Positions 1-12,582 of a DNA stretch of 64,000 nucleotides are shown here, one piece after another (within the stretch, counting starts at the first letter, position 1; each line of letters begins with the position of its first letter). Source of the stretch: Gnetum montanum. Lineage: Eukaryota > Plantae > Gnetophyta. A program made the position numbers and the translations under genes. Below the pieces are notes generated by a model. That model was not told the origin of the DNA. It did no database searches and saw only the letters and a program-made list of their open reading frames with translations. Location of the stretch: positions 66,078 to 130,077 of the forward strand of contig MNCI01002737.1 in NCBI GenBank assembly GCA_015680685.1. The letters are read 5' to 3'.

Positions 1-678
1 GTCTGTCGTTTTTATTTGCTTGGCTTCGACAAACTCACGCACCAGCCGTCTGTCTTGTTGGGTCATGTGACGCTGCCACTGTGAATAATTTCTCCAAAAA
101 TCCTCCACGTTACCGATTTGATCATCGCTCTCCGGCATTGACAGCGACAGTTGCAACCTCCTCTGTACCGCTTGGAACTGCTGTGGTGAGAATTTTATTT
201 TGGGACACTCTAACACATCAAGGCGATGTAAGTTTGTCAAGCATTCTAATGACTCTGGTAGACTTTTCAAACCATTGCAAGAGGCAATGTACACGTTTTC
301 TAGTTGCAGCAGTTTCCCAAACGATTCTGGCAACCGTTCCAATGCATGGCATCCCGACAATCGAAGATCTTTCAATCCTTGAAGCTGGCCAAAGCTTTCT
401 GGAATGAATTTCAAATATGTGCATTCAACAAGGCATATGGAAGACAACTGCAGCAGTTGCCCAATTGACTCCGGCAACTGTTCCAAAGCTTGGCATTCCC
501 ACAATCTGAGATCTTTCAATTTTTGTAGCTGGCCAAAACTTTCTGGAATGAATTTCAAAGATTTGCAATTATACAGATCAATAGAAGATAACACTCTGAA
601 CTGTCCCATCCATTCTGGAAGTCTCTGCAGTTTTATGCAACCCGGTAAAATAAGTTTTCTCAGTTTTGATGGAGCCTC
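1..678 (-). CDS. TNL exon 5: about seven 24-aa LRRs followed by a non-LRR C-terminal extension (open to the window edge)
   Basis: Manual translation from aacAG|GAG: EAPSKLRKLILPGCIKLQRLPEWMGQF...LKFIPESFGQL...LERLPESFGKL...ECPKIKFSPQQFQAV...KQIKTTD; 226 codons with no stop. Confidence 0.9.
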
Positions 679-3600
679 CTGTTCAATGCAGGGCATTAGA
701 TTTCTATTTTGTCCAAAGAAATAATGAAAAATTTTCATTATGGATTTTGGCCTGAAGTAAAATTAAAATATAGTTGAAAGTGCAAGCAAAGATAGCCGGT
801 ACGTTTTCTACGGTTTTTTTTGTTTTCGCTGAAGTTATTCTTTAACTGATTCTAAGTTCTGACTTCTAACTATTTCCTCCCGTAACCCTACACCATAAAA
901 GTTATTATTTCAATAGCATGTATTTGAGATTGCAAAAAGACTTCCTTTGAGGAAGATCCATCTTATATTAAGAAAAATATATTAAAAGTGAATTGACTAT
1001 AAATTTATTGTGAATAAAAAAAACATGTGTATGATGTTTTAATTAAATATGATCCTTACTATCAAGATGCTGAAATAGATATGCATGCCTTGGGTGAGAT
1101 TACCAAAGATGGGGATGTTAATGGCTTCAAGAATATCTCTTTCATTGCATTATTTTAAAGGATGGAGAGGTGATATTACAACTTGATGATCCAATGATTG
1201 ACTTAGATGAAGGTAAAGCAAAACCTATTGATGAACATACATTATTGGTTGCATCTTAACTATGGATGTTGGGAAAAGAGATCAATTTAATAAAAGCTTG
1301 ATTAAGGAATACGAATATGGATTGTTCAAAAACTACATAATGGCCTTCACCATCAAAGTTGCCAATCAATGAATTCAAGATAATTGTTATGCTTTCAATA
1401 TCATTGTCTACCATATTTCCACATGGTAAATGTGACTTTATTACAAGAAGAGCTAAGGATGTTTAATTGTATGAATATGCAAAACATTTAATTTGATATA
1501 AGGATTGTATATTTGGTCAACATATTTGGTCATCATAAAAGAATCTAGTATAACAATTTTTATACTTTCCTTCCTAAAATAACTTCAGTTTTGTACATCT
1601 ATATTATTTAATTCTTAACAACATGATAATGTGACATTATCATTCAAATCAACACTAATATTCTTAAAAAAGAATATTGTCAAAGAGACCCTAACTATAT
1701 AAAAGTTACAAGAACAACTTCAAAATGATCCAACATATAACTTTGTTGATAAATTGATGATATTTGGTATCACTATACAAGGAACTATTTCATATTAACT
1801 ATTTGATCTGGTTAATGAGTTGCGTACTCTATTGGTGTTTGTCACTTTAAGTGCAATTGAATTGTACTAGCTAAAACTTAATAGGCTAATGCCCAGAAAA
1901 CCTACACAAAATCTTCTATAGTAAAGTGTTGAAGATTGAATAATATTAAAGAAAATGCACATATAGTTGCTAAGTTCACACATTTTTGATATCAAGCATT
2001 TAGTGAGATGAAATTGTTTCCAAATTTTAGGTAGTTGACTATTGGGCTAAATATAAAGCTATTGGACTAAATATAAATGGAAACATAGTAGATCCATACA
2101 TGTCCATAGCTTTCTTTAGATAAAAGGAGCCTTGAATATAGATGTAATAGCCCTAGGATTTCTAGAATGATTAGCATTTTTACCTTTTACTCTTACATTG
2201 GTTTTGCAATTCGAACTTGGCTTAATACAAGGTCTTGCACTTTTGATTTATCTATAAGATGCGATATTTTCTCATTATTTTACATTTTGGCATAAGACTT
2301 AATAATTAATGTACCTATACTTGATTTTATTTTAAAGAGTCTCACTCCTTTATGATGATGTTTGATATGAGACTTTATACTTTAACTTCTGCAAGTATTT
2401 TAATCACATGATCATTATCTTTAGTGACATGAGATTTCATTAATAGTTTAATCATGCATGAGACTTGATGAATGGCTAATTTGGCTTGAAATCCTACTAA
2501 TGTGATTTCTATTTAATAAGTTTCACTAAAATGTTCTCTAAATTTTTTTCCTTTTATACCATCTACTCTATATTTATTTACAAACTCTTCATCTTATATG
2601 TTAGAAGTTGTGAGTTCAATTATGATGACAATCTCATTACCTTCTTTTCTCTGCTTGAACCTTTTATATTTTTTGTTTCCTTTTTTGAATTACTTTTTAT
2701 TTATTTATTTTTTAACAATTTTTAAGTAGTAGTTTTATTTTTGCTAAAAAGCACTATCCCCCTATACATCCTAAACTAACAACAACCCCTATATCCCCTA
2801 CTTTTCCTACCCTTCTATTCATATTACTTTTGTCTTACAACTAGCCATTTTTATTTTAGCCATTATTTCTCTAAAGTATTTGGGAAAATTTATTTTATTT
2901 TATTTTTCTATTTATTTCTTCCTACAACTAGTTGTTTTTATTATAGATGTTATATCTTTAATTTTTTTTCTTTGTCTTTCATTTTTTTTCCTTCTTCTAC
3001 AGCTACCCATTTTTTCTAAACTAATCATTACCTGCTTCATCTCAATTAGCTATTAATGTCATGTTATTTATTCTCTTTTTAACCTTTGTGAAGTCAATTG
3101 CATTTGATGGGAAATCTAGTATGATTAGAAACATTTTACAAAGAGAAAATATACAAGCTATCAATGATACAATAGCAAAAGGTTTCAAGGTTTTGTATGC
3201 TTTCAAAAACAAGTATAAGAATTTGGAAATTTGGGCTTGAAAGGTTAGAAAACAAATTTTGCATATCATCATCTATCCACTATATTATATGGATGTATTG
3301 TTTGGGACCTAGACTAAGAGCTAAACTTTGGATTGATATTGAAAATGTGCAAAAAAAATTTCTTTTCAATGAGTTCAAGGTGAAGATGCAAACACCTTCC
3401 TCAATAGTATCCATCTAAATGTGATGTATTACCTTTAGAAGTAGAAGTTTTGTACCAATTCATTACATTCACTCATAACTTGCATATCTCAAAGTAAAAC
3501 AAATTCTCTAAGGTAGTTCTTAAGGATTTATAAGACTATGGTTGGTATTTTCAAGGGATGCAATGGTTGAAAAAATGAAATATCTTTTGGAAGGATGTGC

Positions 3601-6600
3601 AACAAAATTCTAAGCATATTAACCAACTAGTCAATAAAAGGTTTTAACACAGATGTGGTATAATGGAGAAGGCAAGAAGCAATTTTATTTACATCACATT
3701 AGATCTAATAAACTAGATACAAAAGATAAATATCTTTCATCTACTATTCTAATCAAGTATCAAAATGTCATCAACAAACTTGGCTTAAGTTCTCATCATC
3801 TTAGAATTGAAAGTGGAAGATGGATTCAATTTCTCTGAAAAGAGTGCATTTATAGGTTGTGTAGGTTAAGAGTGTTTGAAAATGAGCTACATATGTTTCT
3901 TTCTTGTGCTATGACTACCTATTTAAGGTAATGTTCTAACGTTATAGAAAAAAACTTGTATGATTTGTTTTTGCTGTCCCTATTAGTGCTTGGTCAATTT
4001 TGTAAAGTTTATTTTTATTTTTCATGAAAAACTAATATCTTTCCAATAGATCCTATGGGTCTATTAGATGTAATAAATCTTCAATATCAACTTTAATTTC
4101 ATAATTACTTGAATTCCATGACAATGTGTAGCAAGCTAGTAATTTTTGTGAAAAAGTTTATATATATATTTTTGAAAGAAAGTCTAGTCATTTATATAAT
4201 GAGAAGGGTGAACTCCAAATCAACAATTATAACAGTAGTATCTTTATGGAGGGAAGAAGATCCTCTAGCAAAATAAATAAACACCTAGATCATGAAGCCA
4301 ACCAAGAACAAAACCATTAGAAAGAACATACATCAGCTCCCAACCCCACTTCCAACTAACCAAAAAGCCCCAAGTATTTCTATAGGGCATCGAAAACAAA
4401 AACCAAACAATAGTCATGCACAACATCATAAAGCTCAATTAAAATAGAGGGTATGCATATCTAAAAAAGGAAAAGAACACACAATTTACAATCATCACAT
4501 TAGATCATCTTGCAAAATTTCATGAGTATTAAATGTTGCCATCGTGCATTCATGGATGTTTTTCCATAAGTGAAAGTTGGCGAATGCTTTTGAGATGCAT
4601 TTATAGGAAGAATTTAGGCACTTCGCATGAAAAGTGTGAGCATTTTTCTTAAGCCAAATCTTTAAGGTGACCTCCACACATAATGAAATCTCATGTAAGT
4701 GTCTGTGAATGATGAGTCCTTCTGTAATCATTGCCCAACACTAATCTCATAGGATCCTAGTCCATATGCATACAAATTGATTCACAACTTTTGTAAACAA
4801 ACATTCTTTGAAAAGGTATGCAATAGTTTTGATCTTCTTATAGCAGAGGATACACTAGGAGGTGATTGTGAAACCCCATCGCTAGAGTTTTTCCTAAGTA
4901 AGCACCGTATAATGAGCTAATAGTAAAGCAAAAAACCTCACATTTAATCAATGTTACAATGTCCAAATAAGGTCCCATTCCCTTACTTTGACAAAGGATT
5001 GTCTATAAAGATAACATTCACTATTTGTGGTTTGTCGAAGCAAAATGCAAGGTATAAAGACCTAAGTTCAAAATTCTAATGAATTGACCATGTCTATTAT
5101 CATCATGAAAGACAAAGGAAATTCTCCACTGCTTCATACTAAACCAATCCTTAACATGCATCCTGGACCTCATCACAACAAAATGACTACTTCAAAAAAA
5201 ATTCTCCAATCATTTTGTGATGAGCTTATCCTACAAGAAGACCTTCCATCAGTATGTCTACTTCTCTAAATTCCTAGTGCCCAAGCAACTAAAGGAAAGT
5301 TCATCCTCTTTTAATGATTTTCTAAATCTCCAAGGCTTTGGCTAGACAAGTCCATAGATTATGATAGCACATTCAATGATAATTAACCCAAAGCTTATTT
5401 GCCTAGGATCAAACCTCTCAAGCTAGCTTAGTAGCTAGAATGCAAGCCTGCCTTTTGAAGTCCTAAAGTCCATAACCACCTACATGAACTAGGATAACCA
5501 TCTTATTCCAAGAAAGCAAATGAAATCGATGCACTCCTCCCCATCAAACCAAAGGAAATTTTTGACTATGTGATTGACTTGCAACATAAATTGGATTCGA
5601 GGATTCAAAACGAATGCACTATAAATGGGAATGCTTGAGTTGATAGCTTTAGCAAGAGTCATCTTACCTACGGAAGACAAAAACATACCTTTCCAGAAGG
5701 TCAACTTCTTCTACATCTTTCCCAACACTTTCTCCCAACCGTTAGTTAATTTCCATCCACAAAACAAAGGTTGCCCTACGTAGGTAGCTAGAAGTAAGCC
5801 AATAGTACACTATAATTATTTAATTTGTACAACAAAGTCCAGCCAACTACTAATTCCCTTAGCAAAGTTCATCTCTTAGCCTAGTGTTATGACGATAATT
5901 ATTTGTTTTCAGTGACAAAGTCCAACTAACTAATAGTTAGCCTTTCTAGCCCAGAAAAAAAAAGTGCAAACAAATATACCTAGTACATTTTGTACATATT
6001 TTTTATTCAAGTTATTTTATAATTACTTTTACTAATTACTCATGTAAATAAAGTATCATTACCTAGAGACTCAATGCTCATCCCACCAAGATGGGGTCTT
6101 AAAGGGTCTATGGATGAGCCCAAGCTTAATCTCTTTCGAGTGGCTATGCCCAAGCTTGAATATAGGCCTTACAATTTGAAAAATAACTACCTTACCATCA
6201 CTCCAAGTGGTGGCCCCTCATTTCTCATGCAATATAAAAGTTATTCTGTTTCAGATTACCAATAAATATTAAATCAAATAATTAACTTAAATAGTTGAAA
6301 TTATGCAACTTCTACTCATTATTAGAATGAGTCTATTATTGCTTAATAATGGCCTCATGCTCTTTTATTTATGTACATGCTTATTAACTTGTATTTATAA
6401 TTTTTACTGAGATCTAAAATAGAAGGGGAATATGAGGAAATTTAAAACACTAAAATGGGACACTCAATTTTAAAAGTTGATTGATTTTTAAAAAATTTAG
6501 CATACCAACTTACTACTCAATTTCTAACCTTGGTAATAGTGCATGATTAAACCTCACCTTTAGAGGATGTACCCATAGATGCTTCAGCTTTTTGCCAGAT

Positions 6601-9600
6601 ATGTGTAAGACTCTCATAAGTTTTAAGCATAGTGTCTGAGGAATCATATGCCATGGAAAATCAGTCCATTTCAGCCATAATAGCTTCTTTGATAACCAGG
6701 AAAAATCACCTTGATTCCAGACAAAAATAAAAGGTAACGTTATTACCATCTTTGGATCAAAATATCGGAAATTCAAAATGTAACAGATTAAATAACACAT
6801 ATTTCATTGATAATTAATTAAATAATAAAATACCTTCAATACATTGACCATGTAAGATTAAAACTTCCAAAGATGATAATTTACTGAAAACATCAGCCGA
6901 CCAGGGATTTTGATCTTCATCTAACACAGGTAAGCCTCCCCAAACTAAGCTTAGTGCTTTCACCTTGTCAGTTCCCTGAAATCGGCAACATTGCTTTCAA
7001 GTCACTTCCTTCCCGCACAAAGAAAAATGATTACATTGGGGAAATAGGGAAGCAAAAATATAATCATTTTACTTTAAAAAGCAAACCCAAATATCATCAT
7101 TATACATTCAAAAGGCAAATCCAACTATTATGAACAGATAATCATAAGTCATACCATTTCATGAGATAACATGTATTGAACATCTGAAGGATACCAGACA
7201 CGACTACGATGGCCAGGGCATAAATTTTCATCTTTAACTATGTTCCTTCCCAAGTCCACCAACACATCATGCATACATAAAACACCGTCAATATCTACAT
7301 TGATCAAAAGATTCATCTTCAACATATCAAGAGCATATTGAACTGATTCACAATCTTTATCATTACGTTGCCGAATTTGAATCAGGAGACCTTCTTTTTC
7401 TCCTCGGAAAAAAGTGGCCACATCTAAGAATAAGCATTTTTCCATTTCAGTTCCAAGATTTTCATAGCTAAATTTTAACTTATCTTTCACTTCATTGTGC
7501 AAAGAATCCTTCATAAAATTGAATAAATTATCCCAGAATTTAATCTCTTTATTATAAACGTGTCTGCCAAGTACAGTCAATGCTAATGGTAATCCATCAC
7601 ATTTTTCAACCATCTTTTTCATTAGTTCATTAAATTCATTCTTCACATTGCCAATTCTTCCAAATGCATGATGACAAAATATTTGCATTGATGTAGCAAA
7701 GTCTAATTTTTCTATTTCTACTGAGATCAAATTTTGACAGTACCCTTTAACGCCAGGGTCATGCTTCAAAACTCCCTTTTCCCTACTGGTCACAATAATG
7801 ACACTCCTTCGACTGAGAGAAACATCATCTTCAATAAACACTTTACTTAGTGGAATTTTGCTGTGAATATTGTCTAACACCACTAAAATTTGTGCATTGT
7901 GCAATTTCTTCATCAAATGTTCCCTTCCTTCCATTCTAAAGGAACTTGAATTCTGTCCGAAAAGCTTATGGAGAAGGTGTTTGTGGACTTTATTTATACT
8001 ACATTTTTCTACAAGTCCATTTACATCTTCAATGAAGCATGACCTCTCAAATTCGTAGTAAATCTTATTATAAAGTTCTTTTGCAAATGTGGTTTTTCCA
8101 ATGCCTCCAATACCACTTATTTCTACCGATGTCACACCAAGCCCATGTTCACGACATTCCATTATATCACAAAGGATGCTGAGCAACTGTTCCTCTCTTC
8201 CAAGCATCTTCTGGGAAGTAGCCACAGATCCAACATGGAGTTGTTGGAGAAGCTCACATATCTTGTTGACAATGATCTTACAAAGTTCACTGGTTGGAAA
8301 GAAAAAGGTTAAAATCAATTTTTATAAAAGGGCAAATATTTATTTTAACACATATTTGTTTGGTTCATAAATGCAACAACATGGACTATTAATACTATCC
8401 ACGGGGAATGGATTAATAAAAAAGAAAAAAAAAACTACCTTAAGTGCAGAATATTTCTTTATTTATGATTTCATGCACCTGGAATTGGTATTTCTCTGCA
8501 AATTTATTTTGGATTTAAATAGAAACTTGCATTTAGAAAAATTGAAAAGACATTTTGGATGAAACAAAAGGCAAAAAATATGATGAAGTGCAACATGTTG
8601 TCTAAAACAAGAAAAATGTTTTTAAGTAATGGCAGCAAAGAGGTAGCTAAGAAAATAAATATACAAATTCATAACAAAGAATGCAACTGTGGCAGTAGCC
8701 AAAGCTAAACATAAGGCCCTATATAACTTTTATAAGAAATTAGGGACAAAAGGAAGCAGATGAAAGAATTCTAGTAAAAGACAATGAAATTTTGTATACA
8801 TGTAAAAATTATTTTTAAGAATTATTAAATGAAGAATTCTTAAGAGAAGACATCCAAGAAGAAAAACCAAATTTTAGTTTTGTTAATGAACTTTCCTTCT
8901 TTAAGGTGAAGATAACCTTATCAAAAATGAAAAAAAGAAAAGTTGTTGAACCAAATAATATTCCTATAAAAGTTTAGAAAGCATTGGGACATACAAGAGT
9001 TTCTTAGCGAATACAATTATTTAACAAAATTTTGAAAAATGTAGCAATGCCCAACAATTTGAGAAAAAGTTTTGATGTTTCCATTTATAACAATAAAGGA
9101 GACATGCAAAATTATGTAAACTACAAAGAGATCAAGCTAATGAACCACACTATGAAGCTTTGGGAGAGAGTCATAAAGCAATGTCTCAAACATGAATCAA
9201 CAATGTTAAAAAAATCAATTTTGATTTATGCTAAGAAGATCTACTATAGAGACTATTTTCTTGATATGACAATTGATGGAGAAATTCAGAAAATATAGAA
9301 AAAATCTACATATGATCTTCATTGGCTTGGAAAAAACATATGACAAACTACCTCGTGATAGTATTTATTTGGCCTTGCAGAGGAAAAACATCATTGATAA
9401 ATATATTAAAGTGAATTAAGACATGTATGAAGGAGCTACCACTAAAATTAGAATATCTTATGGAATAACATCTCATTTTTGAGTTACAATAGGTTTACAT
9501 CAAAGGTCTATCCTTAGCCCATACTTATTTGCCATTATTATGGATGAGTTAACAAAGGAAATACAAGATGAAATCTCTTGGTGTATGCTATTTGTAAATG

Positions 9601-11262
9601 ATATTGTGTTGGTGGATATAGGTTGAGAAAATATTGCTTCTAAAATGGCGAAGTGGAAACATGCTCTAGAATCAAAAGACAGTAAAACAAACTATATGGA
9701 ATGCAATTTTAATAACAACATAAACAACAATGAAATAGAAGTGACAAATCAAGGCAAAAAAGTCTCTCATTGCAAATAGTTTTACTACTTATGATTAATC
9801 CTATAATTATATGGTGAAATTGATAAGGATATAGAAAATAGAATTGAGGCATGATGGTCAAAATGGAGATAGGCTAGTGGTGTTTTATATATGTTCTATG
9901 TGATAAAAGACTACCAGTAAAATTGAAGCGAAAATTTTATAAGATAGCTTATATGGTGCTTGATATTGGGCAATACAAAAAGGCATGAACAACAAATTAG
10001 TATGGCAAAAATGTGAATGTTTCGATAGATGTTAAATGTTATTAGAAGAGATAAATTCCATAATACAAGCATCAAAAGAAAACTTGGAGTGACTTATATT
10101 TGAGATAACCTACAAGAATTGCGGTTTATGGTTTGGACATGTGCAAAGAAGATCAAACAATGAGCCTAGAAATAAAGGTTGCTACATCACTGTTTTAAGA
10201 AAGGTAACAAAAAAGAAGACATAAAAAAAAATTTGAAGATGATTTGAATTGCAAATAAACAAATATCTAACTCTTCATAAAGGCTAATGGTTTAAAAAAA
10301 CTTATGTAGCAGACCTCATTTATGGTTTAAAAAAACTTATGTAGCATACCTCATTTTATTGTGACAAGCCTAAGATAATGATGATAATGAAATACTATCA
10401 CTATGATTAAAATACTATAAACACCATTGACCTTTGCTTTTTAAAAAAAAATTAAGAAAATAGTCTACGCATAATTGCAAGCATTTTAAACGTACCAAAC
10501 ATAAACCTAAATTTTGAGCCGTATGTAAAACAAAGTTCAAGAAAAATAAGCGGAAACAAATCAAAACATTAACGTGTTAGCATCCATCATTTACCCTTTC
10601 CCTTCGTATCCGCTGATTTCTCCAATCTTGCCCAGAGCACGTCTCCATTGCTCAATGTCTTCAGTGGAGTTCTTGTCTTTGCTTTGTAGATTCTCAAACC
10701 CCTGCCCAAAAGCTCCTTTCACATATTTGACTTCTGCGGGTTTGACGTCATAGAAGATAGGAACCAGAGTAGATTTGCCCATCTCGAATTTGTGCAGCAT
10801 CATCACTAATTCCTTAAGACACCACACAGATTCTGCAAATCCACTGGAAAGTATGCAGACATCTACTTTGGAAGATGCAATGGCTTCCTCAATCGCCTCC
10901 GGGAACGTCTCCCCACTCTGCAACTCTTCTTTGTCCAGGAACGCCTCAACTCCTCTATCCCGCAACAAATCATATAAATGATAAGCCAAGGTTGATTTTG
11001 TATCAGGGCCTCTGTGACTGATGAACACATCGAACTTGTTGTTGACAGATCCCTCACCACTTGTGCATGATGAGGATGGAAACCCAACAACGCCCGGATT
11101 TACTTGTGGATCTGAGGAAGGCCCGGGCTGCACAGCCCATCTTTTGGTTGCTGGGGAGCCTGTATCCTCTTCTGCTTCTTCCTGTGTTCGGCTTCTCTTC
11201 AATAATGATCTTTCTTCCATATCACAATACTTGAGCCGCTCAGTTGCCCTGTTTTCAGACAT
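1..11262 (-). CDS. TIR-NB-ARC-LRR (TNL) immune receptor gene, spliced: join(11262..10595, 8289..7155, 6975..6834, 6709..6558, 678..<1); at least 925 aa, 3' end outside the window
   Basis: GT-AG junctions keep one open frame with intron phases 2,0,1,0. TIR motifs FDVFISHRGPD and SVWCLKELV; P-loop GIGGIGKTT; kinase-2 ILVVLDN; GLPLAL; MHD; LRRs. No internal stop found. Confidence 0.93.
3060..4090 (+). mobile_element. Degenerate RTEX-like LINE, 3' part of ORF2 and 3' end (an endonuclease-like relic may extend upstream to ~1050)
   Basis: Frameshifted KGFKVLYAF...ILYGC.VWGP..W.DIENVQKKFL and KLGLSSHHLRIESGRW motifs, followed by a degenerate C/H tail. Ends in a short hairpin (gatcctatgggtc), AATAAA and a tcaa-type tail. 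Confidence 0.6.
4185..5900 (-). mobile_element. Degenerate 5'-truncated L1-clade LINE (post-RT region and zf-RVT)
   Basis: ORF 5489..5704 (WKGMFLSSVGKMTLAKAINSSIPIY...KNFLW) matches plant L1 ORF2 WKxxxLSxxGRxTLxKSVL...FLW. A C/H zf-RVT-like relic lies at ~4800-4990. Confidence 0.75.
6046..6218 (-). mobile_element. Au-like tRNA-derived SINE relic
   Basis: Minus strand reads ggggcc..TTGGAGTGATGGTAAGGTAGTT (box A), a degenerate box B (attcaagc..agccactc), then gaccct..gaccccatcttggtggga and a T-rich end. This is collinear with the Au SINE consensus as I recall it. Confidence 0.5.
6558..6709 (-). CDS. TNL exon 4 (GDFSWLSKKLLWLKWTDFPW...LKHLWVHPLK)
   Basis: Typical LxxLxWLxWxxFP and LxxLW motifs inside ORF 6513..6800. 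AAG acceptor at 6711-6710; donor AAG|GTGAGG. Confidence 0.85.
6834..6975 (-). CDS. TNL exon 3 (NB-LRR linker, GTDKVKALSL...FSKLSSLEVLILHGQCIE)
   Basis: Acceptor ttcAG|GGAACT gives the canonical GT(D/E)xV start of the TNL linker exon. Donor GAAG|GTATTT. Not in the ORF track. Confidence 0.85.
7155..8289 (-). CDS. TNL exon 2: NB-ARC domain
   Basis: Acceptor ttccaaccAG|T GAA at 8291-8290. Motifs GIGGIGKTTFAK, FERSCFIEDV (RNBS-A TIR type), VIIVTSR, CDGLPLALTVLG, FLDVATFF, LCMHDVL. Donor ATG|GTATGA. Confidence 0.95.
8550..10390 (+). mobile_element. Degenerate RTE-clade LINE in TNL intron 1, antisense to the gene
   Basis: KGDMQNYVNYKEIKLMNHTMKLWERVI, GLHQ.SILSPYLF and WCMLF..DIVL RT motifs. Ends in a (gat/aat)n microsatellite tail typical of RTE; a ~34 bp tandem duplication sits at ~10287-10352. 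Confidence 0.9.
10595..11262 (-). CDS. TNL exon 1: ~75 aa N-terminal extension plus TIR domain
   Basis: ORF 10591..11262 contains FDVFISHRGPDTKSTLAYHLY, AFLDKEEL and WCLKEL (catalytic Glu kept). Donor GG|GTAAAT at 10594. Confidence 0.93.
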
Positions 11263-11997
11263 TCACCCACTTCCAGCAAAGGCAGATACACAGCAACAGA
11301 GAGGCAGGCACGTCTATGACAGGCACCAACACACTCCACTTATGCAGCAATAATGCAATGCAATGCAAATTCAGTTGTTTGATGTAAAGAAGTTCATCTA
11401 ATCCACAGCAGAGCAATGTATGTATGGTCCAAAATATTCACAGCAGAGCAGAGGAACAAGTGCAACTCCGCGTGATGGAGAAGGTGCCACGAAATCTGAA
11501 CCAAATTTCAAAAGATAATTAATGTGTATCGGTTTTGGTCAAAAAGTGTGCACATATGCTACAACATGACAAAGAGGCCGTTGGCATTAAAGAATCTATG
11601 GCAATTGCTTTTCACCCGCAAATTATCACCTTCCACGTTCACGCTTACCAAACTTCAACCAATACGTTCCTTCCAAATACAAATTAAGGTCCTTAGTGTC
11701 GAAGGTAAAGCGATGAACAGAATAGCCCTTTTTAAAATTTAGAACATGCAGAAGTGGAAATGCTTTCTTGAATCACAAGGCTTATAAAAATTAATTAAGA
11801 AAAGTAAGACAAAATATGTAGGAAGGTAGATGTATATTGCACAGCACCTAATACAGCAATAATGCAACTCAACGCAAATTATACTAATACAACAATAATG
11901 CAATTCAATGCAAAATTCCTTGGGTCAAGGACTTTCCTATTTGCAATGAAGTGATGGCTAAACAAAAGTCATGTGAACGCAAAAGAGAAAAGGAAAA

Positions 11998-12582
11998 TGT
12001 GAGAGATGTCCCAAGGTGGTGGTTCTCTTGGGCTTTCCCCACGGTTTGGGGGCCATGGAACACTTTGAGGCACCTTTGGGTGACTCTCAAGTGTTAAAAA
12101 ACCCATCCCAACTTGGCAGCACCAAGTGAGCAGCAGGATACCCTCTTGATGCAACTCTTTCTAAGTTCTCTTCATACTACCCTTATGTGGAGAACTACAT
12201 GGCCCTAATTCTACCGTGGTCATAGATATGTAGGCAACCAAGATTGGATAGTTTTGGTGTGGTGCCAAGCCATACCTTGTACTAGATCAAGAGGGATCTG
12301 GGGGTGAGGCACCATCCCTTATAGATGCATTGTTTCCTCTTCCACCAATGTTGTCTGCAGGGTCGCTTGTGTGCTTGTTTGCATGGTCCTCGTTTGGAGT
12401 TAGTTATCCTCCTTGAGGTGTGTCTCCATACACATATTAAGAAGTTGTGTTGCTACTTGCACTCACTCTTGGGTTGCTTGCTTGCTTGCTTGAGGCATAT
12501 TCCCCAGGTCTTCTGCCCCAGATCCATTGGATCTTAGAAAATTCCTTGGGATGCCGAACAACGTTGGGGCAACGTTGTTACA
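11998..12582 (+). repeat. 5' LTR (585 bp)
   Basis: TGTGAGAGATG...GTTACA, aligns end to end with 18013..18593. Confidence 0.9.

Noticed and set aside
81-724. Plus-strand ORFs 81..407 and 404..724
   Set aside because: They are antisense shadows of the minus-strand LRR exon.
7860-7890. Walker B DD to DN change (ILVVLDNIH) as a sign of a dead or autoactive NLR
   Set aside because: LDN variants are common in TNLs, and the P-loop and MHD motifs are intact.
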